DNA of 64,000 nucleotides, taken from assembly GCF_056746865.1 (NCBI RefSeq), contig NZ_CM163382.1. One strand, written 5' to 3'. The notes beneath the pieces were generated by a model. It had not been told where the DNA came from, made no database searches, and saw only the letters and a list, made by a program, of their open reading frames with translations. Position numbers and translations under genes: made by a program. Positions 23,922-34,939 of the stretch are shown piece by piece. The number at the start of each line of letters is the position of its first letter. Position 1 is the first letter of the stretch.

Positions 23922-25073
23922 TTACAGCATCTCAATAAAGGCCGCGACACGGGTACTGAGCTGCCCGACATCCGAGGTGGAGTAGTCTGTTTCAATAGCG
24001 ATATAAGGAATGTTGTGCTGCTGGCGCACATGACGTTTAATCGCCAGCGATTCCACCGCGTAGGTATGGCACGCCTGCAAAATCACATCAACTACGCCAT
24101 CGACCTGATATTCCTCCACCATCTGGCTGAGCATTTTCAGGCGCTGATCGTTCGGCGAAACACAGGAGCAGCCAATCGCCAGATATTTATCCGCCAGCGC
24201 GTCGTAGACATCGCCCGTTTCTGCCACGCATTGCTCGGTCGCTTTCGCCCCGGTGCAGTTTTCATAACCGACAACCCAGCCGCCATTCTCTTCAATCGCG
24301 CGCACCACTTTTTCTGCTGCGCCGCCAATCGGGCAGCCGGTGATTAAAATGCGCGGACGCGGGTCCAGTCGCTGGCCTTCTTCCCACTGCTGACGAACGC
24401 GGGCGGTCATTGCATCCAGTTCATTGATCAACGCCTCTTTATCGAACCGGAAGGTTGCGCCGTAAACCACTTTCAGAATGTCGCTGCCGCTAAGCGCCGG
24501 AGGATTTAACTGCCCAAGATGATAAAAATTAGCCAGTGCGCGACGTTCGCGGTTTTTCAGCGCAATGGCATCGCGCAGAACATCTTCGCTAATCTCGTGC
24601 CCAAAACGTTCTTCTACCGTTTTTTGCAAGCGCAGCATCTCGGCTTTCCATAACGCACGCGAGGCATCGTCCTTAACGCTGTTGGGCAATTGCATCACAT
24701 GAACAGGCTTAAACTCCGCCATGTATTCATACATTTTCTTTTTGCCGTCGCAGGTGGTTTCACCGACCACCAGATCCGAAAAGTAGAAGTAGGGGCATTT
24801 ATCGGTTTTGCCGAAGCCGTAGCTGCTTTTAATCAGCGGGCAGAGGTTGCGCGGCAGATCTTTCTCCGCTTCTTCAATGGTTTCATCAGAGGTGGAACAG
24901 AGCGAAACCACAACCGCACCGGCTGCCATCGGGATCTCTTGCGGCATAAAGGTGCAGTAAGTGCCAACCAGCGGAATGCCGCGCTCCTTGAGATCCATGA
25001 CGGTGAGAAAGCCTGTCTGGCGAGCTTCAGAGAACTGATCGAAAATGGCGGGTAGATCGGTGACAAGTGACAT
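23922..25073 (-). CDS. yjiM: 2-hydroxyglutaryl-CoA dehydratase D-component-like protein YjiM
   Basis: 383 aa from MSLVTDLPAIFDQFSEARQTGF; several conserved Cys clusters; paired with the activator-type ATPase yjiL. Confidence 0.78.
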   Translation of the reverse strand: MSLVTDLPAIFDQFSEARQTGFLTVMDLKERGIPLVGTYCTFMPQEIPMAAGAVVVSLCSTSDETIEEAEKDLPRNLCPLIKSSYGFGKTDKCPYFYFSDLVVGETTCDGKKKMYEYMAEFKPVHVMQLPNSVKDDASRALWKAEMLRLQKTVEERFGHEISEDVLRDAIALKNRERRALANFYHLGQLNPPALSGSDILKVVYGATFRFDKEALINELDAMTARVRQQWEEGQRLDPRPRILITGCPIGGAAEKVVRAIEENGGWVVGYENCTGAKATEQCVAETGDVYDALADKYLAIGCSCVSPNDQRLKMLSQMVEEYQVDGVVDVILQACHTYAVESLAIKRHVRQQHNIPYIAIETDYSTSDVGQLSTRVAAFIEML

Positions 25074-25188
25074 GATTTTCCTTCCCCGTACCACGGGAGA
25101 TAATGAAAAGAGGCCACATTATTACCATTCTTTTAGTATGGTTTATTTGATCTCTCTCGCGGTTAGCCACTTAGTTTTTCATGGATTT

Positions 25189-26469
25189 CTAAAAATTGCC
25201 GAGGGGGAACAAGGCCGGGAGCTGCGACAGCAAATATAAAATTAGCCCAATACAACCGCCAACCAGCGTACCGTTGACACGAATAAACTGCAGATCTTTG
25301 CCGATATTTAACTCTATTTGCCGCGACATATCCCGCGCATCCCAGCTTTTTACCGTATCGCTGATGTGGCGCGTCAGGAATGCGGAAAACTCAGGCGCGA
25401 CGCGGTGCGCGGCTTGTTCAAGATGACCATTTAACGACGCCCGCAAGGCATCATCGGCAATTAACGTTTCGCCAAACCATTGACCCGCTCGTGCGATGCG
25501 TTCTTTCACACGAGAATCTTCACTGTTGATATCCACTTTCAGCCATTCCCGTAAATCCCCCCACAATTCACTGAGATAGCGATTAAAAGCTTCATCTTCT
25601 TTCAGATAGCTTTTTACGGCATCGGCTCGCGCTGCCATTTCCGGATCGTTTTTCAGCTTGTCGATCAGGGCGAAGGTGGCGCGATCAAACGCATGGCGGA
25701 TCTGATGCGCACGATCGCGACTAATATCATCAAGCAAAGAATTCACCGCGTCAGAAACCAACTCCGCGCTATGTTCGCCCAACCATTCGGTGGGGAGAAT
25801 TTTGGCTTTCAGTGGATGCTCGCTCTCCAGCCAGCGAACAATTTGCTGGGCGATAAACTTGCGCGATTTATCGCGCTGGAGAAGGGCGATCAACTGTGCG
25901 ATCAGCGTATCCAGCAGCACCTGATGACGATCGTTTTTGGTCATACTCTCCAGCATCAACGCACTGGTGCCGGAAAGATCGACCTTATCAATCGCCCGAT
26001 GGACCGCGCGCTTAAGCAGGCGCTGAATACGCGCATCATCGGTAAGTTCGAGAAAACCGCTCATGATCTGCAACAGATGCTGACCAACGCGGCGGGCGTT
26101 TTCTGGCTGGCTAAACCAGTTGCCAATCAGCAACGCCGGTTCGTGGCGTCGAATCAATGCCACCAGGGATTGAGTATCAAGAAATTTTTCCTGCACGAAC
26201 TGGCCGAGATTTTCGCCAATCCGGTCTTTATTACGCGGGATAATCGCCGTATGGCGAGAAATGATCGGAATCGGCACGCGGCGAAACAGCGCCACCACCG
26301 CAAACCAGTCCGCCAGCGCGCCGACCATCGCCGCTTCAGCAATCGCCTTCACGCCGCTCACCCAAAAATTGGGCGGCAAAAACAGCGTAACGACAAAGGT
26401 AGCAGCGGCGATAAGCAGTAAAGAGAGCGCCAACCTTTTGGCGCGTCTGAGTTCGATGAGTTTATTCAT
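25189..26469 (-). CDS. yjiN: DUF445-family inner-membrane protein YjiN
   Basis: 426-aa ORF with N-terminal transmembrane segments; no catalytic motif recognised. Confidence 0.7.
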
Positions 26470-26509
26470 AACGTTAAGAATAGAGCCTGACGGCCGGATC
26501 GCGCAAAAA

Positions 26510-27742
26510 TCACTGCTCCTCCACTAGCTCGGCTGCCTGATGCTGGCGCACGCGATTGAGCAATCCCGCCAGGGTGAAAACGACGATAACGCCCGCCACA
26601 ACGGCTAACAGATGAAACGGCAAGCGACCGCCGTTAAACCATAGCCAGCGGCCGATTTCGACCGAGACCGACATCACCATCAGGATCACCATATTTAGCG
26701 ATGCGGAGACGGTCCCTTTCGGTAACTTATTGGAAAACAGCGTAAAGCGGAATAAGGTCGGGAAAATCAAACCAATCCCGAAAGCATACAGACTGGTGCC
26801 CAGCACCGACCACAGCCAGACGTGCGGCGACAGCAGATTGCCGACAATCAACAGCGAGAGGCCGACCAGTTGAATGGGTACGGCACGCCAGATAAACCGC
26901 GGTTCGGTCGGATCTTTAACAAAACGCGCCACGATGGCATTCGCAACAATCACCGCGCCGAACACCGGAACCTGTGTCCAGGCGAACTGCGAAGTTGTTA
27001 AGCTGCCTGCATCGATAAGGATCACCGGCGAGACAGCCACCCAGCTCATCATCGGGATATAGCTTAAAGAGATGGTTGCTGCGCCAAAGAGGAACAGCCG
27101 ATTGCAAAAGACATTACGAAAATCGCGCAAGACGCTTTTGGCGCTAAACGGAACCGCGCCGCGCTTCACCGTCTCTGGCATCGCCAACAGTAAGCCAACA
27201 AATGAGATAAAACCCATAACCGCAATGATGGCAAAAAGGACTTTCCAGTGCATAAAGTGCATCAGAGCTGCGCCGGAAAGCGGGCCGATAATCGGCGCAA
27301 TCAGTACGATGGAGGTGATAATCGCCATCAACTTGATCCCTTTTGTCTGTCCGAACGCCTCCTGCACCGTGACATAACCAACGGTGGCAATAAAACAGAT
27401 ACTGGTGCCCTGAATTGCACGCGCGATAAGAAACTGTGTCATAGACGTTGTGAACATTGTCGCGGCGCAGGCAAGGGTAAAAATTAGCGCCCCGGTAATC
27501 AGCACCGGCCTGCGGCCAATTCTGTCGGAAAGCGGCCCCAGCAGCCACTGTAACGCCATACCGCCAGCAAGATAGAGACTGACGGCAGCAGGGGCCAGAC
27601 TGACATCGGCATTAAAATCACGTACCACATTAATGATCCCAGGCTGGATCAGATCCGTCGACAGATACGCAGCAAAGTCATACAAAATCAACGCCATCGG
27701 GAAAAACAGCGTGGCGGCATGGCGGGTAAAAAAACGTGGCAT
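26510..27742 (-). CDS. mdtM: MFS multidrug efflux transporter MdtM (YjiO)
   Basis: 410 aa from [27 protein letters not shown]; MFS signature [13 protein letters not shown]; the track ORF has a 33-codon upstream extension. Confidence 0.85.
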
Positions 27743-28220
27743 AACAAACAACTCCTTGTCCGGAGAACCCCAACGGGGAAAACGAAATTCAATACCGTCG
27801 GTAATGACGAAAGGCAGGTGAGAAGGGCAACGAGACTGCAAATGTACTGAATTTCATGTAATCAACCACACTGCCTGTGAACACACAGACAGAGAAATAC
27901 TTTCTGACTTCGGGTCAGAATGTATAACGATTACAAATAGTCATCAGCACATTACACCTCTTGAATTGATGGGTTGCATAGAAAATATACACCTTAAGTG
28001 TAATTAAAATTTGCGGTTAATCAAAAGAGCGCGGTGGAAAGGGGAATATCTGCCGGGTACAGGACATGTAAAACGCGAGCTTGTTTCCGGAAAAATGTAT
28101 CGTTTGCAGAAGAATAAAAATAGCCTGGAAAGCGCCTCGGGGAATGGGAAATTGCCGGGTGAGAATGGTTTTGTTAGTCGCTAAAGTCAGGCCATCTTTT
28201 TCAACAGGTGATGGATCGCC

Positions 28221-29141
28221 ATGACAAACTTCACGACCAGCACGCCGCATGATGCATTATTTAAAACCTTTCTCACGCACCCTGACACTGCGCGGGATTT
28301 TATGGAGATTCATTTACCTAAAGATTTACGTGAACTGTGCGATCTCGATAGCTTAAAACTGGAATCCGCCAGCTTTGTCGATGAAAAATTGCGGGCGCTA
28401 CACTCCGATATTTTATGGTCGGTAAAGACCCGCGAAGGCGATGGCTATATCTATGTGGTGATTGAACATCAGAGCCGCGAGGACATTCATATGGCCTTTC
28501 GCCTGATGCGCTATTCCATGGCGGTGATGCAGCGCCATATAGAGCATGATAAACGCCAGCCGCTACCGTTGGTCATCCCGATGCTATTTTATCACGGTAG
28601 CCGTAGTCCTTACCCCTGGTCCCTGTGCTGGCTGGACGAATTTGCCGACCCGACTACCGCACGGAAGCTTTATAACGCCGCGTTCCCGCTGGTGGATGTT
28701 ACTGTCGTGCCAGACGACGAGATTGTGCAGCATCGCAGAGTCGCCCTGTTGGAGTTGATCCAAAAGCATATTCGCCAGCGCGATCTGATGGGGCTTATCG
28801 ATCAACTGGTAGTATTACTGGTTACAGAGTGTGCTAATGACAGCCAGATAACTGCGCTGTTAAATTACATTTTACTGACTGGCGATGAAGCGCGTTTTAA
28901 TGAGTTTATCAGTGAACTTACCCGTCGAATGCCACAACACAGGGAGCGAATAATGACGATTGCAGAGCGAATTCATAATGATGGATATATAAAAGGGGAG
29001 CAGCGCATTCTTCGATTGTTGTTGCAGAATGGGGCGGATCCTGAATGGATACAAAAGATTACCGGACTTTCGGCAGAGCAAATGCAGGCATTAAGGCAGC
29101 CCTTGCCTGAGCGTGAGCGCTATTCATGGCTCAAGAGTTAA
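28221..29141 (+). CDS. rpnD: Rpn-family recombination-promoting nuclease (PD-(D/E)XK, transposase_31-like), full length
   Basis: 306 aa, N-terminus [38 protein letters not shown] typical of the Rpn/YhgA family; uninterrupted reading frame. Confidence 0.8.
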
Positions 29142-29159
29142 TCAGAGACGGATGACAAA

Positions 29160-29330
29160 CGCAAAGCAGCCTGATGCGCTATGCTTATCAGGTCTACATA
29201 ACCCATTAAATATATTGAACTTTAAAGATTTTTGTAGACCTGGTCAGGCGTTCACATGGCATCCGGCATGAACAAAGCGTACTTTGCTTAATTCAGGCTG
29301 GAACGTGGCGATGACCCAGCAAAGATAAAA
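29160..29330. repeat. REP/BIME cluster
   Basis: GATGCGCTATGCTTATCAGGTCTACA and TGTAGACCTGGTCAGGCGTTCACATGGCATCCGGCATG palindromic REP units between rpnD and yjiR. Confidence 0.6.
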
Positions 29331-29384
29331 CGAGTCACAGGTTATGCATGAGAGGAAATCAGGCGCTTCGCCGCTATTTCGAAT

Positions 29385-30797
29385 TTATTCCATTGCCCGA
29401 TACACGGCCTCGCCAATTTGCTTCAGTGCTTCGCGATAGGTTTCGCTGAGCGGCAAAGCGCAGTTGATGCGCAGACAATTACGGTATTTGCCGGAAGCTG
29501 AGAAAATCGAGCCTGCCGCCACCTGGATTTTCATGCGGCACAGCTGCCGCGCGACGCAGACCATATCGACCTGTTCAGGCAATTCTATCCACAGTAAAAA
29601 TCCGCCTTTCGGGCGCGTAATACAGATTTCGCAGGGAAAATATTCCCGTATCCAGCAGGTATAAAGCGCCAAATTGCGCTGATAGATCTGCCGCATCCGC
29701 CGGATATGGCGATGATAGTGACCTTCCAGCACAAACGTTGCCGCCGCCATTTGCGTGGACGGCACATTAAAGCTGCTGATGGCGTATTTCATATGCATCA
29801 GTTTATCGTGATAACGCCCCGGTGCGACCCAACCCACGCGCAGGCCTGGTGCAATACTTTTACTGAACGAGCTGCACAACAGCACTCGCCCGTCGATATC
29901 CCAGGAATGAATGGTCCGCGGGCGCGGATACTCCGTCGCCAGTTCGCCATAGACATCATCTTCAAAAATCACAATATCATGACGCTGAGCGAGAGAGAGA
30001 ACGGCCCGTTTGCGCGCGTCCGGCATAATAAATCCCAGCGGATTATTACAGTTTGGCACCAGAATGATGCCTTTAATCGGCCACTGTTCCAGCGCCAGTT
30101 CCAGCGCTTCAACGCTGATGCCAGTTTCTGGATCGGTTGGGATTTCAATCACTTTCACGCCCATGCCGCGCAGCATCTGCATCGAACCGTAATAACAGGG
30201 GGATTCGACCGCGACAATATCGCCCGGTTTACACACTGCCATTAACGCCAGCGACATCGAGTTATGGCAGCCGCTGGTGATGATGATGTCATCGGCGGTG
30301 ACCACCGAGCCGCTGTCGAGCATCAGGCGGGCAATCTGCTCTCGCAATACTCGCTGACCGGCTAACAAGTCATAACCGAGAACGGTTTGCAGATTATGCT
30401 GCACCACCCGGCTTAGCTCCCGCCACAGCGGTTTCAGGCTGGGCGCTTCGACATCCGGTGTGCTTTTGCTTAACGGAACAATGGAACTGTCGCTATGCGC
30501 CTCCAGCATATCCAGCACCTGATCCCACTGGGTAATTTCCACCGGGCGCTGCACCGGACGCGTCATCGGCGGTACTGGCGGCTGGGCTTTACGTTGTGCG
30601 ACAAAATAACCCGAACGCGGCTGCGGAGTGATGAGCTTCATCGTCTCCAGCGTCTGATACGCCTGCTGCACGGTGCTGATACTGACGCCGTGCTCCTGAC
30701 TTAAGCTGCGCACCGACGGCAATTTCTCCCCGTGACGATACAGCCCTTGCTCAATCCGTTCGGCAAGCAGAGTCGCCAGATGTTGATAACGCGTCAT
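29385..30797 (-). CDS. yjiR: MocR-family transcriptional regulator (GntR HTH fused to aminotransferase-like domain) YjiR
   Basis: 470 aa; N-terminal HTH (LPSVRSLSQEHGVSISTVQQAYQTLE) and a large PLP-fold domain. Confidence 0.82.
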   Translation of the reverse strand: MTRYQHLATLLAERIEQGLYRHGEKLPSVRSLSQEHGVSISTVQQAYQTLETMKLITPQPRSGYFVAQRKAQPPVPPMTRPVQRPVEITQWDQVLDMLEAHSDSSIVPLSKSTPDVEAPSLKPLWRELSRVVQHNLQTVLGYDLLAGQRVLREQIARLMLDSGSVVTADDIIITSGCHNSMSLALMAVCKPGDIVAVESPCYYGSMQMLRGMGVKVIEIPTDPETGISVEALELALEQWPIKGIILVPNCNNPLGFIMPDARKRAVLSLAQRHDIVIFEDDVYGELATEYPRPRTIHSWDIDGRVLLCSSFSKSIAPGLRVGWVAPGRYHDKLMHMKYAISSFNVPSTQMAAATFVLEGHYHRHIRRMRQIYQRNLALYTCWIREYFPCEICITRPKGGFLLWIELPEQVDMVCVARQLCRMKIQVAAGSIFSASGKYRNCLRINCALPLSETYREALKQIGEAVYRAME

Positions 30798-30973
30798 GCT
30801 GTATTCCTTATGTGGACCATACAGAGAGAAAAACCGGTACAGATGAGGCTAAAAAACCGGATGCAGATGCTGTTTTAACCTGTCTGTATGTTAAATAAAA
30901 GTAATATTTGAATCTGTATTGTGAACTGCCAGAAGGTGGATGATGAAGCCTCTGAAAGATGAGGAGGTAGCAG

Positions 30974-31138
30974 ATGGAATTTCACGAAAACAGAGCTAAA
31001 GCGCCGTTTATCGGCTTGGTGCAACTCTGGCAGGCGGTGAGGCGTTGGCGGCGGCAAATGCAGACCCGACGCGTGTTACAGCAGATGAGTGATGAGCGGT
31101 TGAAGGATATCGGGTTACGCAGGGAGGATGTGGAGTGA
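30974..31138 (+). CDS. yjiS: Small DUF1127-family protein YjiS (54 aa)
   Basis: ATG at 30974 preceded by GAGGAGG; translation MEFHENRAKAPFIGLVQLWQAVRRWRRQMQTRRVLQQMSDERLKDIGLRREDVE, an Arg-rich DUF1127-like peptide. It is below the ORF-track length cutoff. Confidence 0.7.
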   Translation: MEFHENRAKAPFIGLVQLWQAVRRWRRQMQTRRVLQQMSDERLKDIGLRREDVE

Positions 31139-31588
31139 GGGGGGATATAGATTTATATATAATAAAACGTTTTTATGTTTTTAAATTAAGTTATAAAAAT
31201 TTTCCCGAGACAATTCATCAATAGGTATGGAGTGTACAGGAATATCTTCTTCACTAACCTCTTTAAACTCATGTCGATAACGGTCAAAAAACGCACAGTG
31301 ATTACTTGTGTTTTTTGACTGACTTTACAACTCTCATTATTCGCTATTGTGCAGTTTCTCTAATTGTTTTATACCCTGGAAAGTTAAATGTCAGCTACTG
31401 AATACTTTTTGATTGTTTGAGATTTATTTTCATTTGAAATTATAAAATCAGGTGATAAATGAGTTGTGATTAATAGATGGTTGATATCATTTTTATCTAA
31501 AATTGATTTATAGTATCGACCTGAAAAAATAGTTGTTGCCGCCTGAGTAACTATACAATATTCTGAAAGGTTTTCTTTCAAATTAGAA

Positions 31589-34500
31589 ATGTTGTGGGGT
31601 TTTGTTTTTGTATCTTTTATCTCTAAGGAGCTTGCTTTGGGTCAATCAGAATACATTTCATGGGTAAAATGTACTTCCTGGCTAAGTAACTTTGTGAATC
31701 TTAGAGGGTTGAGACAACCGGATGGCCGTCCTCTTTATGAATATCATGCAACCAATGATGAATATACCCAATTAACGCAGCTACTCCGTGCAGTCGGTCA
31801 ATCACAATCTAATATATGTAATAGGGACTTTGCTGCCTGTTTTGTTCTTTTTTGCTCTGAGTGGTACCGCAGGGATTATGAACGGCAATGCGGATGGACG
31901 TGGGACCCTATATATAAAAAAATAGGGATTTCATTCACCGCCACAGAGCTTGGTACTATCGTACCGAAAGGGATGGAAGATTACTGGCTGCGCCCAATTC
32001 GATTTTATGAATCTGAACGACGCAATTTTCTCGGAACATTATTCAGTGAAGGTGGTTTACCTTTCCGGCTACTCAAAGAATCAGACAGTCGCTTTCTGGC
32101 TGTTTTCTCCAGGATCCTTGGACAATATGAGCAAGCAAAGCAGTCAGGTTTTTCTGCCCTTTCGCTGGCAAGAGCTGTCATAGAAAAATCAGCGCTGCCA
32201 ACTGTTTTTAGCGAAGATACCTCTGTAGAACTTATCAGTCATATGGCTGATAACCTCAATTCCTTAGTACTTACTCACAACCTAATAAATCACAAAGAAC
32301 CAGTACAACAGCTTGAGAAGGTTCACCCTACCTGGCGAAGCGAGTTTCCAATACCGTTAGATGATGAAACAGGAACGCATTTTTTGAATGGACTGCTATG
32401 CGCAGCCTCTGTAGAGGCTAAGCCTCGACTACAAAAAAATAAGAGTACGCGTTGCCAATTCTATTGGTCAGAAAAGCATCCAGATGAGCTTAGGGTGATA
32501 GTATCTCTTCCGGACGAAGTTTCCTTTCCTGTAACAAGCGAGCCGTCAACTACGCGCTTTGAACTTGCCATTTGTGAAGATGGTGAGGAAGTCTCTGGCC
32601 TTGGGCCAGCCTATGCTTCTCTGGAAAACAGACAGGCAACAGTTCGATTACGTAAAAGCGAAGTGAGATTTGGCAGGCAAAATCCATCGGCAGGTTTGTC
32701 GTTAGTGGCTCGTGCTGGAGGGATGATTGTTGGGAGCATTAAACTTGATGACAGTGAAATTGCCATTGGTGAGGTGCCGTTAACCTTCATCGTTGATGCA
32801 GATCAATGGCTGTTACAGGGACAGGCTTCTTGCAGTGTGCGAAGCAGCGATGTTCTGATTGTGCTCCCTCGGGATAATAGCAATGTTGCTGGTTTTGATG
32901 GCCAATCGAGGGCAGTAAACGTATTAGGACTAAAAGCACTACCTGTGAAGGGATGTCAGGACGTTACAGTTACAGCAAATGAAACTTATCGGATTCGCAC
33001 CGGAAGAGAACAAATCAGCATCGGAAGGTTTGCTCTAAATGGAAAGCGTGCAAGCTGGGTTTGTCATCCAGATGAAACATTTATTGGTGTACCAAAAGTC
33101 ATTTCTACACTACCGGATATTCAAAGCATTGATGTAACGCGTTACCTGAGCGGAATTTCAATTGAGCAATGTCATATACAAGAGATGCTGGGGGCTCAAT
33201 ATCTTTCTATCCGTAATAGTAAGAATGAAACGCTCTTGCGTCGCAAAATCGGTATTTTGCCTGCTGATTTCAGTATTGAGATAAAAGGTGGAATACACGC
33301 AAATGAAGGCACTATCGTAATCACCACACAGCATCCTTGTGTAGCAAAACTTAAAGATAAAACATTGGAGGCTACACGTAAGCGTACTGAGGGGCGAACA
33401 GAGATACAACTCAAAGCGGAAGGGGTACCTCCGGCATTTATTACATTACAAGTTCTGCCTAATTTGGCGGCTGACCCCATCGATATTGAGTTACCTTTTC
33501 CCGCTAAAGGCTGTCTCGCTCTTGATGTAAACGGACGTCCTCTGGATAAAAACATTACGCTGCATGATCTGCTGGGTTCCAGAGCGTTTCTGTTCTCCAG
33601 AAATGGCGAGCCGACAAGATATACATTGCAGTTGCATTTGCGCTCCGTTAGTGGATTACAGGCATGGCACGAATGGTGTTATACGGCGTTGAGCGATCGT
33701 CCTGTTGAATTGAATCTCTATAGTCTGCGCGAACATATTGAGAACCTGATTTCACTTGAGGCAGGTATTGACCAGGTTGTTGAGATGCGTATTACGGGGG
33801 CGGGTGTGGTCATGGCCTGGCAAATTCGTCGCTATAAATACAGTCTGCGCTATGATTATGAAAAAGAACTATTACTCAGCCAGTCAGTGAACCATCGTGC
33901 TGGACAGATTCCTTCCCCCGTTATCATGCTGTTAAGTGAACCCGAGAGGAAATCCATCCCCTTAGCATCAAGAATGAGCGAGGGAGTGCCTGTCGGTGAA
34001 TATGAGTTGAGCTCAATCGTTAACAAAAATGGACCGTGGTTGGTTGTCCCTAAACCGGGTGAAGAGATGGCTTTTCGTCCCTGCTTCATTCGTGGCGAAT
34101 CTTCGTTACCGGTAGAAGAAAGCAACATCCGCTCATTGCAGAAAGCGACCCAGCTTTTTAATCCACAGGCAGAAGTTAATACCATCACACTGGTTCTCGG
34201 ACAGATGGCTAACGATCCTGCCCATTCCGGCTGGCAATTTATGCGTAGCCTGTACGATCAATTTGGTTATTTACCACTGGCAACCTTTGAAGTATGGCGT
34301 GCACTGGTGCAGCATCCGCAGGCATTGGCAATGTCGCTCTTCAAATTTGAAATGTCAGCAGAGTACCTGAGTCGTATTGAGAATGAGTTCCCTATTCTAT
34401 GGGAGTTTTTCCCCATCTTTGAGATCAAAGCGGCATCTGAGCGTTTCAAATTGTTCCTGAGCCAAAAAGGTGCACCGGAGGAAACCCAGAAATTACTGGT

Positions 34501-34927
34501 TACTAATATGTTTCAACGGCTGGGGCTCGTGTTCCCGACATATGCCGATGAAATTGAGAAATGGTTAAGTAACGGACATCTCCCCCCGTCTATTCCTGAG
34601 TCTTTTGTCCACGTGTGGTATCAGGAGCTTTTACGTGAGCATAGTGAAGCTCAATGGCCAGAGTACGGCAGCAAGCGGCTGCATAGCTGGATGGCATCAC
34701 AAAAAAATCCAGTGATTGGTATTAATCCTGACGCAAATCACCGCTATTCCGTGGCCTTGTTACCCGTCTTCGCTGCAGCTGTGGCAAGCGGAAATGCTTC
34801 TTTTGAATCTGTATTTGACCGTAAACCCGGTGCCGTATTTTTCCTGAGGCAAGTCAGGGATTTCGATTCCCGCTGGTTTAAGGCCATCTTCCAGTGCAGC
34901 CTGTTGCGTTATGTTGCTAAAAAATAA
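31589..34927 (+). CDS. Large protein of unknown function (up to 1112 aa), first gene of a two-gene candidate defence operon; DruH-like by architecture
   Basis: Long uninterrupted ORF ending 12 bp before the helicase gene. No P-loop, nuclease or methylase motif recognised by eye. Coding sequence is visibly AT-richer than its neighbours. An alternative TTG start at 31637 has an AAGGAG RBS 6 nt upstream. From memory this corresponds to a full-length version of the yjiT fragment of K-12. Confidence 0.75.
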   Translation: MLWGFVFVSFISKELALGQSEYISWVKCTSWLSNFVNLRGLRQPDGRPLYEYHATNDEYTQLTQLLRAVGQSQSNICNRDFAACFVLFCSEWYRRDYERQCGWTWDPIYKKIGISFTATELGTIVPKGMEDYWLRPIRFYESERRNFLGTLFSEGGLPFRLLKESDSRFLAVFSRILGQYEQAKQSGFSALSLARAVIEKSALPTVFSEDTSVELISHMADNLNSLVLTHNLINHKEPVQQLEKVHPTWRSEFPIPLDDETGTHFLNGLLCAASVEAKPRLQKNKSTRCQFYWSEKHPDELRVIVSLPDEVSFPVTSEPSTTRFELAICEDGEEVSGLGPAYASLENRQATVRLRKSEVRFGRQNPSAGLSLVARAGGMIVGSIKLDDSEIAIGEVPLTFIVDADQWLLQGQASCSVRSSDVLIVLPRDNSNVAGFDGQSRAVNVLGLKALPVKGCQDVTVTANETYRIRTGREQISIGRFALNGKRASWVCHPDETFIGVPKVISTLPDIQSIDVTRYLSGISIEQCHIQEMLGAQYLSIRNSKNETLLRRKIGILPADFSIEIKGGIHANEGTIVITTQHPCVAKLKDKTLEATRKRTEGRTEIQLKAEGVPPAFITLQVLPNLAADPIDIELPFPAKGCLALDVNGRPLDKNITLHDLLGSRAFLFSRNGEPTRYTLQLHLRSVSGLQAWHEWCYTALSDRPVELNLYSLREHIENLISLEAGIDQVVEMRITGAGVVMAWQIRRYKYSLRYDYEKELLLSQSVNHRAGQIPSPVIMLLSEPERKSIPLASRMSEGVPVGEYELSSIVNKNGPWLVVPKPGEEMAFRPCFIRGESSLPVEESNIRSLQKATQLFNPQAEVNTITLVLGQMANDPAHSGWQFMRSLYDQFGYLPLATFEVWRALVQHPQALAMSLFKFEMSAEYLSRIENEFPILWEFFPIFEIKAASERFKLFLSQKGAPEETQKLLVTNMFQRLGLVFPTYADEIEKWLSNGHLPPSIPESFVHVWYQELLREHSEAQWPEYGSKRLHSWMASQKNPVIGINPDANHRYSVALLPVFAAAVASGNASFESVFDRKPGAVFFLRQVRDFDSRWFKAIFQCSLLRYVAKK

Positions 34928-34939
34928 AAAGGAATAAGG

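Noticed and set aside
25693-26421. 242-aa plus-strand ORF
   Set aside because: Antisense within yjiN; extremely Arg/Gln-rich; shadow ORF.
29706-30245. 179-aa plus-strand ORF
   Set aside because: Antisense within yjiR; His/Arg-rich artefact.
31384-31581. 65-aa minus-strand ORF in the AT-rich leader of the defence operon
   Set aside because: No RBS noticed, low-complexity translation, sits in a likely promoter region; kept only as a remote possibility.
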